A stretch of DNA of 25,640 bases, from contig DATACV010000280.1 in NCBI GenBank assembly GCA_036258875.1, forward strand, positions 1-25,640. The letters are read 5' to 3'. The first letter of the stretch is position 1; the number at the start of each line of letters is the position of its first letter. The notes beneath the pieces are model-generated. The model was not told where the DNA came from. It saw only the letters and a program-made list of their open reading frames with translations, and made no database searches. The translations under genes were made by a program, and so were the position numbers. Origin of the DNA: Rubrobacteraceae bacterium. Its GTDB lineage: Bacteria; Actinomycetota; Rubrobacteria; Rubrobacterales; Rubrobacteraceae. Below are positions 8,793 to 16,387 of this stretch, one piece after another.

Positions 8793-8979
8793 GCCGAGAC
8801 GCTACCCGCTGCTCGGCCTCGTAGCCTACGCGCTCGTGCCGGGCGAGCGACGTGCGGCGGCCATGCGCCACTTCCGGCGTGCCGGCGTAGAGGCGCTCAA
8901 GGGCGTCGGGTCGCTCGCGCTACCGGTCAGTAGGCCGCAGGACGAGACGGCCCAGCGGGAGAACATCGAGTTGGACTGA
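8779..8979 (+). CDS. Small hypothetical protein (66 aa), reminiscent of DUF5304-like ArsA neighbours
   Basis: Overlaps the ATPase stop by 14 nt and has gene-like codon usage. Amphipathic helix (RHFRRAGVEALKGVGSL) and acidic C-terminal RENIELD. The family resemblance is from recall and unverified. Confidence 0.6.
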   Translation: MRPPEPRRYPLLGLVAYALVPGERRAAAMRHFRRAGVEALKGVGSLALPVSRPQDETAQRENIELD

Positions 8980-9015
8980 CCCCGGGCGTATCCCGGGCGG
9001 CGAGGTGCCTGTCTA

Positions 9016-9198
9016 ATGTTTGCGATGAGACGAGAGATCACCCGAAAGGTGTCCGAATCCGCGCGCCGGGAATGGAAGGCGGCGGTACCCGCCGCCCTCC
9101 GCGCCGCCAATCACGCCGGGAGAGAGTTCCTGAAGAAGTTCTCGGAGGAGTTCCCCAAAGAGCGCAAGAAGGCATCACGCAGCACCCCCGAAGCCTGA
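9016..9198 (+). CDS. Small basic helical hypothetical protein (60 aa)
   Basis: GAGGTG Shine-Dalgarno at 9002-9007, 8 nt before ATG. Fills the gap to the pdxS promoter region. Confidence 0.55.
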   Translation: MFAMRREITRKVSESARREWKAAVPAALRAANHAGREFLKKFSEEFPKERKKASRSTPEA

Positions 9199-9217
9199 GA
9201 CCTGATGCCTGAAACCT
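9194..9217. repeat. Tandem heptamer array CCTGAnn x3
   Basis: CCTGAGA CCTGATG CCTGAAA CCT, overlapping the TGA stop at 9196-9198. An inverted copy lies at 25596-25614. Confidence 0.65.
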
Positions 9218-9298
9218 TCCCTGTCCCGTTTGGCCTGCAGGGGTGCCGGTAGTAAGATAACGCTGACGAATTCTAGTAAGCAGCGGCGGGAGAAGCGT

Positions 9299-10195
9299 AT
9301 GGCGGACAACGGGCAGGCGACAGGCACCTTCAGGGTGAAGAGCGGGATGGCCCAGATGCTCAAGGGCGGGGTCATCATGGACGTGGTCAACGCGGAGCAG
9401 GCCAGAGTGGCCGAGGAGGCAGGCGCAGTGGCCGTCATGGCCCTCGAAAGGGTGCCGGCGGACATAAGGGCGCAGGGCGGCGTCGCGCGCATGAGCGACC
9501 CCGAGAAGATAGTCGAGATCCAGGACGCCGTTACGATCCCCGTGATGGCCAAGGCCCGCATAGGCCACTTCGTCGAGGCCCAGGTCCTCGAGGCCCTCGA
9601 GGTCGACTACATAGACGAGTCGGAGGTCCTCACCCCCGCCGACGAGGCCAACCACGTGGACAAGTGGGCGTTCACGGTGCCGTTCGTGTGTGGGGCTACG
9701 AACCTCGGGGAGGCGCTCAGGCGCATAGGCGAGGGGGCGGCCATGATCCGGTCCAAAGGCGAGGCAGGGACCGGCAACGTCGTCGAGGCCGTGAGGCACA
9801 TGCGCGCCATAGTCGGCGGCATAAGGCGCCTCACCACGCTCGGCTCCGAGGAGCTTATGACCGAGGCGAAGAACCTCGGCGCGCCTTACGACCTCGTGCG
9901 CTGGGTCGCCGAGAACGGGAAGTTGCCGGTGGTCCTCTTTACCGCCGGGGGCATCGCCACGCCGGCGGACGCGGCGCTGATGATGCAGCTCGGGGCCGAC
10001 GGGGTCTTCGTCGGGAGCGGCATCTTCAAGAGCGACGACCCGGTGAGCCGGGCGCGCGCGATCGTGAAGGCCACCACCCACTACAACGACCCGAAGGCTA
10101 TCGCGGAGGCGAGCAAGGGCCTCGGCGAGGCGATGGTCGGCAAGGAGATGGGCGACCTCGCGGAGGGAGAGCGGCTCGCGACCCGTGGCTGGTAA
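9299..10195 (+). CDS. pdxS: Pyridoxal 5'-phosphate synthase lyase subunit
   Basis: 298 aa from ATG 9299 (GGGAGA SD). [68 protein letters not shown]. Confidence 0.98.
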   Translation: MADNGQATGTFRVKSGMAQMLKGGVIMDVVNAEQARVAEEAGAVAVMALERVPADIRAQGGVARMSDPEKIVEIQDAVTIPVMAKARIGHFVEAQVLEALEVDYIDESEVLTPADEANHVDKWAFTVPFVCGATNLGEALRRIGEGAAMIRSKGEAGTGNVVEAVRHMRAIVGGIRRLTTLGSEELMTEAKNLGAPYDLVRWVAENGKLPVVLFTAGGIATPADAALMMQLGADGVFVGSGIFKSDDPVSRARAIVKATTHYNDPKAIAEASKGLGEAMVGKEMGDLAEGERLATRGW

Positions 10196-10799
10196 TGGCC
10201 ACAAGAGCGAGACGGCGACCCCGAAGGTGGGGGTCCTCGCCCTGCAAGGAGATTTCCGGGAGCACGCCGAGATCCTGCGCAAGCTCGGCGTCGAGCCCGT
10301 CGAGGTGCGCGACGCGGCGGACCTGGAGGGGCTCGCTGGTATAATAGTGCCGGGAGGGGAGTCCACGGCTATAGGGAACCTCATGGTTTCCTCGGGCCTC
10401 CTCGACGGCATCCGGAGCTTCTTCTACAAGGGCGGCCCCGTGTGGGGCACGTGCGCCGGAATGGTGCTCGCGGCCTCGGCCACCACTGGCCCGCGCCAGC
10501 CGCTCCTCGGTCTGATGAACGCGCTCGTCGAGCGCAACGGGTTCGGGCGGCAGGTGTACTCCTTCGAGCAGGACCTCGACGTGGAGGGCTTCGACGAGCC
10601 GTTCACGGGGGTCTTTATCCGGGCCCCCTTCTTCGAGGACGTCGGTCCGGGTGTCGAGGTCCTCTCCGAGATAGACGGCAAGGTCGTCGCGGCGCGCGGG
10701 GAGAACATACTGGTGACGGCGTTCCATCCCGAGCTCACCGACGACACGAGGTTCCACGAGTACTTTTTGCGGGAGGTATGCGACATTGAGCGGACATAG
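10185..10799 (+). CDS. pdxT: Pyridoxal 5'-phosphate synthase glutaminase subunit
   Basis: [42 protein letters not shown]. Overlaps pdxS by 11 nt. Confidence 0.97.
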   Translation: MAGNGHKSETATPKVGVLALQGDFREHAEILRKLGVEPVEVRDAADLEGLAGIIVPGGESTAIGNLMVSSGLLDGIRSFFYKGGPVWGTCAGMVLAASATTGPRQPLLGLMNALVERNGFGRQVYSFEQDLDVEGFDEPFTGVFIRAPFFEDVGPGVEVLSEIDGKVVAARGENILVTAFHPELTDDTRFHEYFLREVCDIERT

Positions 10800-11550
10800 C
10801 AAATGGTCGACCATAAAGCGTAAGAAGGGCGCCGCCGACGCCAAGCGCGGCGCACTCTTCGGCAAGCTCAGCAGGGCCATATCGGTAGCCGCGCGCGAGG
10901 GCGGGGGGGACCCCGAGGTGAACCCGGCGCTCGCGCTCGCCGTCTCCAAGGCCAAAGACGCCAACATGCCCAACGACAACATCCAGCGCGCCATAGACAA
11001 GGGGACGGGCGCCGGCGCCGACGCCGAGCAGTTCGAGCGGATCACCTACGAGGGTTACGCCCCCGGCGGGGTCGCGGTGATGGTAGAGGTCCTGACGGAC
11101 AACCGGAACCGGGCAGCCTCCGACGTCCGCTACCTCTTCTCCAAGAACGGCGGCAAGCTGGGCACGACCGGCTCGGTGGCCTACCTCTTCGAGCGCAAGG
11201 GCGTCATCCTCGTGCCGAGGGACTCCGTGGACGAAGACGAGCTCATGGAGCTCGCGATCGAGGCCGGAGCCGAGGACGTCGAGGCGATGGAGAGCGACTA
11301 CCGGGTAGTGACGAGCCCAGAGGACTTCACGGACGTGCGGGACTCCCTGCGCGAGGCCGGCGTCGAGTTCGAGAACGCCGAGATCACCATGCAGCCCCAG
11401 AACTCCATAGACCTCGACGCGAGCACCGCCAGGCAAACTTTAAGGCTCATAGACGCCCTCGAGGAGAACGACGACGTCCAGGAGGTCTACGCCAACTTCG
11501 ATATCTCCGACGAGGTGATGTCGGTTATGGTAAGCGAAGAGGTGAAGTAG
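10786..11550 (+). CDS. yebC: YebC/PmpR family protein
   Basis: [52 protein letters not shown]. Confidence 0.96.
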   Translation: MSGHSKWSTIKRKKGAADAKRGALFGKLSRAISVAAREGGGDPEVNPALALAVSKAKDANMPNDNIQRAIDKGTGAGADAEQFERITYEGYAPGGVAVMVEVLTDNRNRAASDVRYLFSKNGGKLGTTGSVAYLFERKGVILVPRDSVDEDELMELAIEAGAEDVEAMESDYRVVTSPEDFTDVRDSLREAGVEFENAEITMQPQNSIDLDASTARQTLRLIDALEENDDVQEVYANFDISDEVMSVMVSEEVK

Positions 11551-11578
11551 AGGACCGATCAGGAGCTGCTAGTGTGCG

Positions 11579-11608
11579 GCCCCGTCGACAACAGGCGGGG
11601 CTTTTCTT
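11579..11608 (+). terminator. Intrinsic terminator after pdxS-pdxT-yebC
   Basis: Stem GCCCCGTC / GGCGGGGC (one G-U pair), 7-nt loop, followed by TTTTCTT. Confidence 0.85.
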
Positions 11609-11679
11609 GTGCTGCCGCTCCAATGGTGGGAGTGGCCACCATGCTGCTAGGCCCGCGACGAGCGACGTAATGCGTGACG

Positions 11680-12035
11680 GTCCGAGGCCGACGCAGGCAA
11701 CGGATGGGCACTGGACATCGAGGGCTCAGAGCATGCAGCGAACCACGCCCTCTGGGTCTACCCTCCTTCTCTCCAGCGGGTGTCACTACTGCCTTCCTGC
11801 TGGTCGTGAAGGCTCAGCAGGGCGACCCGATGTGGGATCCGGCAGGCTTGCAGGTCCGGGTCGGCGCCTGAGACGCCGCCTACCGACGCCAAGGGAGGTG
11901 TAGAAACCCTTGCCGAGGGAGGGCGTGGTGTGCTGCGTGGGCGACCTCATGCCCGAGGGCCCGACGGTGGAGGCGTGGTGAGATGCGCTCCGCAAGGAGG
12001 GTAGAGCTCGGCGCCGTACTCACTACCAACCGGGC
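11680..12035 (+). pseudogene. Probable degraded CDS remnant(s), family unassigned
   Basis: Protein-like, GC3-rich segments in alternating frames (WALDIEGSEHAANHALWVY; VTTAFLLVVKAQQGDPMWDP; EGVVCCVGDLMPEGPTVEAW*DALRKEG; VELGAVLTTN), separated by stops and frame changes. Confidence 0.3.
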
Positions 12036-12187
12036 CGGGGGCCCACGCGGTCCTCTCCTTCTTGCGTACCGACCAAAGATCACTCATTTGGGGGATGTGC
12101 CGTCCCGGCGAGGGCTCTAAGATACTCTTGTTGCTTGGATGGAGCCGATATGAGGCTTCCCTTCCTTCTCCGATAGGAGGTCGGACG

Positions 12188-12730
12188 GTGAGACGGGTTG
12201 TAGTTTTGTTTGCGATTGTGGTGGTGTCGCTGGTCGTGGGCGGAGGGGCGGCTCTGGCTGCGACCATAGATTGCGACGGGGGGCGCTGTTTCGGTACCAA
12301 GAGGTCCGACTCCATCTTCGGCACCGATAGGCACGACGCCATTTTCGCCAAGAGGGGCGCGGATTTCGTCACCGGCAGGCGGGACGCCGACAACTTGAAC
12401 GGCCAGGACGGTGATGACGAGGTCTTTGGCGGGCTGGGGGACGACTGGGTCAAGGGAGGTAGGCATGGCGACATGGTGAAAGGCGACCTGGGCAACGACA
12501 GGATAACGGGCGGCTCGGGGCGCAACACCATAAGGGCAGGCGATGGAATGAGAGACCTCATCGTCTGCGGCGACAACAGCCGGAATCGCATCTTCTACGA
12601 CCCGCGCCTCGACCGCTTCAGGAATTGCCACTTCCTGCACCGGACCATGCAGACGAGCAGCGGCGAGGCATCTTCGGCGAGCAGCAGCGACGTATCGTCG
12701 GCATTCGTCATCGGCGTGGGACGTCACTGA
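12188..12730 (+). CDS. Secreted protein with RTX/hemolysin-type calcium-binding nonapeptide repeats
   Basis: 180 aa from GTG 12188 (AGGAGG SD). Sec-type signal peptide ending AALA, about nine GxxGxDxUx repeats (GQDGDDEVF, GGLGDDWVK, GDLGNDRIT), four cysteines. Confidence 0.85.
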   Translation: MRRVVVLFAIVVVSLVVGGGAALAATIDCDGGRCFGTKRSDSIFGTDRHDAIFAKRGADFVTGRRDADNLNGQDGDDEVFGGLGDDWVKGGRHGDMVKGDLGNDRITGGSGRNTIRAGDGMRDLIVCGDNSRNRIFYDPRLDRFRNCHFLHRTMQTSSGEASSASSSDVSSAFVIGVGRH

Positions 12731-12825
12731 GACGGTGGCTCGCGTGTTTGGGAGGGAAAAAGACGATGGGGTAAGCCTCCCTTAGCGGAGGGTCGACGAA
12801 CTCTCGTTCCTTGCACAGTTGAAGT

Positions 12826-12855
12826 GCCGGGGTCCCACAGGGCCCCGGCCTTTTT
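12826..12855 (+). terminator. Intrinsic terminator
   Basis: 10-bp stem GCCGGGGTCC / GGGCCCCGGC, CACA loop, then CTTTTT. Confidence 0.85.
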
Positions 12856-13131
12856 CGTGCTCTCTGCTACGTTACCGGGGTGCTGGTCAGTTAGGAGGAT
12901 GAGGCAGGCGAGGCGACTACAGGTGCATCGTGGACTCCCGCTCGGAGTCGCCTCAGGCAGCCGGACCGTGGCATGCGCCTCCAGGCGCTCGCTCTCCGGC
13001 CGCTCGTCTGCGCACTTCAACGGCCCGAGAGCGAGCTCGCCCGGATCGGGCGGGAGCTTCGGACGGCGCCACGCACACGGTGATGGCGGGGGTGGCTACC
13101 TAGCGGCCAAGCAAGCGCCGCCGGCCAGCCG

Positions 13132-13464
13132 CTAGGAGCGTGCCACTTCGTCCAGTACCTCTTCGGCCCAGCCCAGAGCCGCGTTGGTAGCGGGGAAGCC
13201 GATCGTGGTGAGGGCGAGGACGATGGCGTGCAGGATCTCATCCTGCGACGCCCCGACGCCGAGGAGCTTGCGTACGTGGGAGCGGACGGCTCCCTCGGAC
13301 TCGGCCCCGACCGCGATCCCGAGCTTGACCAGCCGCCGCTCCTTCTCCCCAAGAGGCCCGGCGTCGTGCTCCGCCGCTCCTAGAGTGTCGAAGGCCTCCT
13401 TGACCGCCGGGAAGCGGCTAGAGAACTGCTGGTAGACTTCGGGCAGGTAGTCCGTCATCGTCAC
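13132..13464 (-). CDS. Carboxymuconolactone decarboxylase (CMD/AhpD-like) family protein
   Basis: 110 aa. LGEKERRLVKLGIAVG, AVRSHVRKLL, GASQDEILHAI, TIGFP pattern. GGAGG 6 nt before GTG. No CxxC. Confidence 0.85.
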   Translation of the reverse strand: MTMTDYLPEVYQQFSSRFPAVKEAFDTLGAAEHDAGPLGEKERRLVKLGIAVGAESEGAVRSHVRKLLGVGASQDEILHAIVLALTTIGFPATNAALGWAEEVLDEVARS

Positions 13465-13582
13465 CCCTTTCCTCCGGAGACGGCTTCTAATGCTAGCAGT
13501 TGCGAGGCCGGAGCCTCCATAGTGGCGGCGCGAGATCTGTACACCACATGTAGAAGCCGGTGCAAGCCAGGCGGGGAGAGGG

Positions 13583-13588
13583 TAACCT
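13583..13588 (+). promoter_or_regulatory. Candidate -10 (TAACCT) for leaderless ruvC
   Basis: TAnnnT hexamer 6 nt before ATG 13595, with no SD. Confidence 0.45.
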
Positions 13589-13594
13589 TAGGCC

Positions 13595-14116
13595 ATGCTC
13601 ACCGCGGGCCGCAAGGGTCACACCATCCTGGGGATAGACCCGGGGACGGCGACGATGGGGTGGGGCGTCATCCGTCAGGAGGGCAACAGGTTACGGTACG
13701 TGCAGCACGGGACGGTGACCACGCCTTCGAGCTGGGAGATGCCGCGCCGGCTCGGGCGCCTCTTCGACGGAGTTACGGAGCTTCTGGAGGGGTACCGGCC
13801 CGAGACGGTGGCTGTCGAGGAGCTCTTCTTCAACACCAACGTCACGACGGCGATCACGGTCGGCCAGGCGCGCGGGGTGGCCATCCTCGCCGCGTACAGG
13901 GCAGGGGTCGAGGTGCACGAGTACACGCCGTTGCAGGTGAAGCAGGCGATCACCTCCTACGGCCGGGCCGACAAGCGCCAGGTGCAGGAGATGGTGCGCG
14001 CCCTCCTGAACCTGCGCGAGATCCCGCGCCCCGACGACGCCGCGGACGGCCTCGCCATCGCTATAACCCACGCCTTCTCCTCCAGGATGTCAGGGAAGGT
14101 AGGGGTGGGGAAATAG
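13595..14116 (+). CDS. ruvC: Holliday junction resolvase RuvC
   Basis: ILGIDPG, VAVEELFF, VGQARGV, YTPLQVK, DDAADGLAIA catalytic motifs. Confidence 0.97.
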   Translation: MLTAGRKGHTILGIDPGTATMGWGVIRQEGNRLRYVQHGTVTTPSSWEMPRRLGRLFDGVTELLEGYRPETVAVEELFFNTNVTTAITVGQARGVAILAAYRAGVEVHEYTPLQVKQAITSYGRADKRQVQEMVRALLNLREIPRPDDAADGLAIAITHAFSSRMSGKVGVGK

Positions 14117-14140
14117 CGCGCCGTGGGCGATAATTAGCCG

Positions 14141-14731
14141 ATGATGCACAGACTTCGCGGGATACTGGTAGAGAAGGACACCGAGGGCGTCCTGCTGGAC
14201 GTCGGCGGCGTTGGCTACCGTGCGTCTGCTTCGCTAGGGACGCTGCGGGCGTTGCCGTCGCTCGGCGAGGAGTGCGTGATCCACACGCGCATGGTCGTGC
14301 GCGAGGACGCGATGCTCCTCTTCGGTTTCGCGGCGCCGGAGGAGCGGGCAGCCTTCGACGCGCTGACCGCCGTGAGCAAGATCGGGCCGAAGCTCGCGCT
14401 CGCCGTGCTCTCGGCGATGTCGCCGCCGGAGATCTCCGAGGCCGTAGCGAGGGGCGACGTTCTCAAGCTCTCCTCGGTGCCGGGGCTCGGCAGGAAGACC
14501 GCCGAGCGGCTGGTGCTCGAGCTGAAGGGCAAGGACCTCGCGGTATTCGGACCCGAGCCCGTGGTCTCTGCGGGCGGCGGGGGCGGGCCTTACATGGAGG
14601 CGCGGGAGGCCCTCACGGGGCTCGGGTACTCCATCGAGGAGTCCGAGAAGGCTCTCAACAGCATCCCGCCGCAGGATAGCGTCGAGAAGTACATCAAGGA
14701 GGCGTTGAGACGGATAGGGAGCAGACGTTGA
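14141..14731 (+). CDS. ruvA: Holliday junction branch migration protein RuvA
   Basis: [53 protein letters not shown] domain III. Confidence 0.97.
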   Translation: MMHRLRGILVEKDTEGVLLDVGGVGYRASASLGTLRALPSLGEECVIHTRMVVREDAMLLFGFAAPEERAAFDALTAVSKIGPKLALAVLSAMSPPEISEAVARGDVLKLSSVPGLGRKTAERLVLELKGKDLAVFGPEPVVSAGGGGGPYMEAREALTGLGYSIEESEKALNSIPPQDSVEKYIKEALRRIGSRR

Positions 14732-15780
14732 GCAGGGAAGAGATGGACGACTTCACCGTCCGCGGCGAGGCGATCAAGGAAGAGGCCCCGGCCGAGCACC
14801 CGCTCGACCCCGAGGCGTTCCTCGAGGACGACGAGCCCACCCTCCGGCCGCAGAACCTGGATCAGTTCGTCGGCCAGGAGAAGCTCAAGGCGAATCTGCG
14901 TATCTTCGTGCAGGCGGCGAAGCAGCGCGAGGAGGCTTTGGATCACATCCTCTTCGCCGGTCCTCCGGGGCTCGGGAAGACGAGCCTGTGCCGGATACTC
15001 GCCACCGAGATGGGCGTGAGCCTGACGACCACGAGCGGGCCGAGCCTGGAGCGGGCCGGGGATATGGCGGCTATCCTCACCTCCCTCGAGGAGGGCGACT
15101 TTCTGTTCATAGACGAGATCCACCGTCTGAACCGCCAGATCGAGGAGGTCCTCTACCCGGCGATGGAGGACTACGCGATGGACATCGTCCTCGGCCAGGG
15201 TCCCTCGGCGCGCACGATCCGGATGGACCTGCCGAAGTTCACCCTGGTGGGCGCCACCACGCGCACCGGGCTCATGACCAAGCCGCTCCTCGACCGCTTC
15301 GGGTTCTCGGCCCGGCTTGACTACTACAGGCCTGAGGAGCTGAAGACGATCGTGGTCCGCAACGCCAAGATCCTCGGCATCCCGATCACTGAGTCCGGCG
15401 CGGAGCAGCTCGCGAGGCGTAGCCGTGGGACACCGCGTGTCGCCAACCGGCTCCTCAAGCGAGTGCGCGACTACGCCGAGGTCGTAGGCGACGGCAAGAT
15501 AGACGAAGAGACGGCGAACGCCGCGCTCGAGATGCAGGGCGTGGACGACCTTGGCCTCGACCGCACGGACCGCGACTACCTCGGGCTCATAATCGACAAG
15601 TTCGACGGCGGGCCGGTCGGGGTGAGCACCCTGTCCGTGGCTCTCGGCGAGGCGCGGGACACCGTCGAGGACGTCTACGAGCCGTACCTGTTGCAGAGCG
15701 GCCTGATCCAACGCACCAGCCGCGGGAGGATCGCGACGCGGCGCGCCTACGGCCACCTCGGCGTGGCTTTCCCGCAGTAA
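14728..15780 (+). CDS. ruvB: Holliday junction helicase RuvB
   Basis: [65 protein letters not shown] overlap with ruvA. Confidence 0.98.
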   Translation: MSREEMDDFTVRGEAIKEEAPAEHPLDPEAFLEDDEPTLRPQNLDQFVGQEKLKANLRIFVQAAKQREEALDHILFAGPPGLGKTSLCRILATEMGVSLTTTSGPSLERAGDMAAILTSLEEGDFLFIDEIHRLNRQIEEVLYPAMEDYAMDIVLGQGPSARTIRMDLPKFTLVGATTRTGLMTKPLLDRFGFSARLDYYRPEELKTIVVRNAKILGIPITESGAEQLARRSRGTPRVANRLLKRVRDYAEVVGDGKIDEETANAALEMQGVDDLGLDRTDRDYLGLIIDKFDGGPVGVSTLSVALGEARDTVEDVYEPYLLQSGLIQRTSRGRIATRRAYGHLGVAFPQ

Positions 15781-15790
15781 ACCACCGAAT

Positions 15791-15825
15791 CGCGGGGGCG
15801 GGGAACGGGCGCCCGCCCTCTTGCG
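15791..15825. terminator. GC-rich hairpin after ruvB (probable terminator, weak U-tract)
   Basis: GGGGGCGGG (15794-15802) pairs with CCCGCCCTC (15812-15820), starting 14 nt after the ruvB stop. Confidence 0.5.
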
Positions 15826-15840
15826 ACGACCAGTCTTACT

Positions 15841-15951
15841 CTACTGCTCGAGCCTGTCACGTAACAGCGGTATCTTGATCCGGTTGACCAGGCGTCGTAG
15901 CGCTCGCACGGCCGGACCGATGATCCCGAGGGGCGGTCTCGCGCGTATCAT
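15841..15951 (-). CDS. Candidate 36-aa basic amphipathic peptide
   Basis: ATG...TAG reading MIRARPPLGIIGPAVRALRRLVNRIKIPLLRDRLEQ. Mostly G/C third positions, fills an otherwise empty intergenic gap. No well-spaced SD. Confidence 0.3.
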   Translation of the reverse strand: MIRARPPLGIIGPAVRALRRLVNRIKIPLLRDRLEQ

Positions 15952-15995
15952 CCCTCTGAAGGGACGTTTGAGCCGGCATGCTGAAAGCGTGGGGT

Positions 15996-16033
15996 GTGGA
16001 GGTGCGGTAGTGTGATCCCGCCTCCACTATGGT
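15996..16033. promoter_or_regulatory. Inverted repeat abutting a candidate -10 box
   Basis: GTGGAG(GT)GCGG / CCGCCTCCAC stem (15996-16027), immediately followed by TATGGT (16028-16033) upstream of the Sm-like gene. Confidence 0.4.
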
Positions 16034-16047
16034 AAATAGGGGACGTG

Positions 16048-16332
16048 ATGGTCGATCAGAACGGTGAGAGGAGATCTGACGTGGTCTCTCAGGAGTGGCT
16101 TGCCCAGGCCCCGAAGGTCTCCGACGCCCTGAAAAAGGGCACGGGCGTCTCCGTCGCCACCTGGAGCGGGCGTGAGATCACCGGTGTTGTCTGCGACCGG
16201 GAGGAGGCGGGTCTGCTGCTGGAGATACGCGAGCCGGACTCCGACGGCTACTCGTTCCTGCCCTGGTCGAGCATCGAGCAGGTGAGGGTCCGGGAGATCG
16301 CACAGAGGCGCGTGAAGTTCCTCCCGGGCTAG
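16048..16332 (+). CDS. Small hypothetical protein with Sm/LSm (Hfq-like) fold pattern
   Basis: 94 aa (AGGGG SD before ATG 16048). VSVATWSGREITGVVCDREEAGLLLEI ... FLPWSSIEQVRV follows Sm1/Sm2 spacing. Confidence 0.75.
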   Translation: MVDQNGERRSDVVSQEWLAQAPKVSDALKKGTGVSVATWSGREITGVVCDREEAGLLLEIREPDSDGYSFLPWSSIEQVRVREIAQRRVKFLPG

Positions 16333-16387
16333 CCGGTGTGGACGCGCCTCCTATCCGGTCCTGCACCTGTGCGGTCCTGAGGCCGCG

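Noticed and set aside
9038-11436. Long minus-strand ORFs (457, 315 and 233 aa) opposite pdxS, pdxT and yebC, and similar ones opposite ruvB, ilvD and the ATPase
   Set aside because: Expected stop-poor antisense frames in high-GC3 genes, with no recognisable motifs, SD or promoter.
11949-11981. MPEGPTV resembling an Fpg/Nei glycosylase N-terminus
   Set aside because: A stop follows after 10 codons, the frame is open and protein-like upstream of the Met, and no downstream Fpg motifs appear in any frame.
12747-12775. GTTT...GGGTAA SigF/SigB-like promoter
   Set aside because: The spacer is about 19 nt, longer than typical, and a terminator follows within 60 nt.
12824-13135. 103-aa plus-strand ORF
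   Set aside because: It begins inside the terminator hairpin, has low-complexity composition, and its SD touches the internal ATG.
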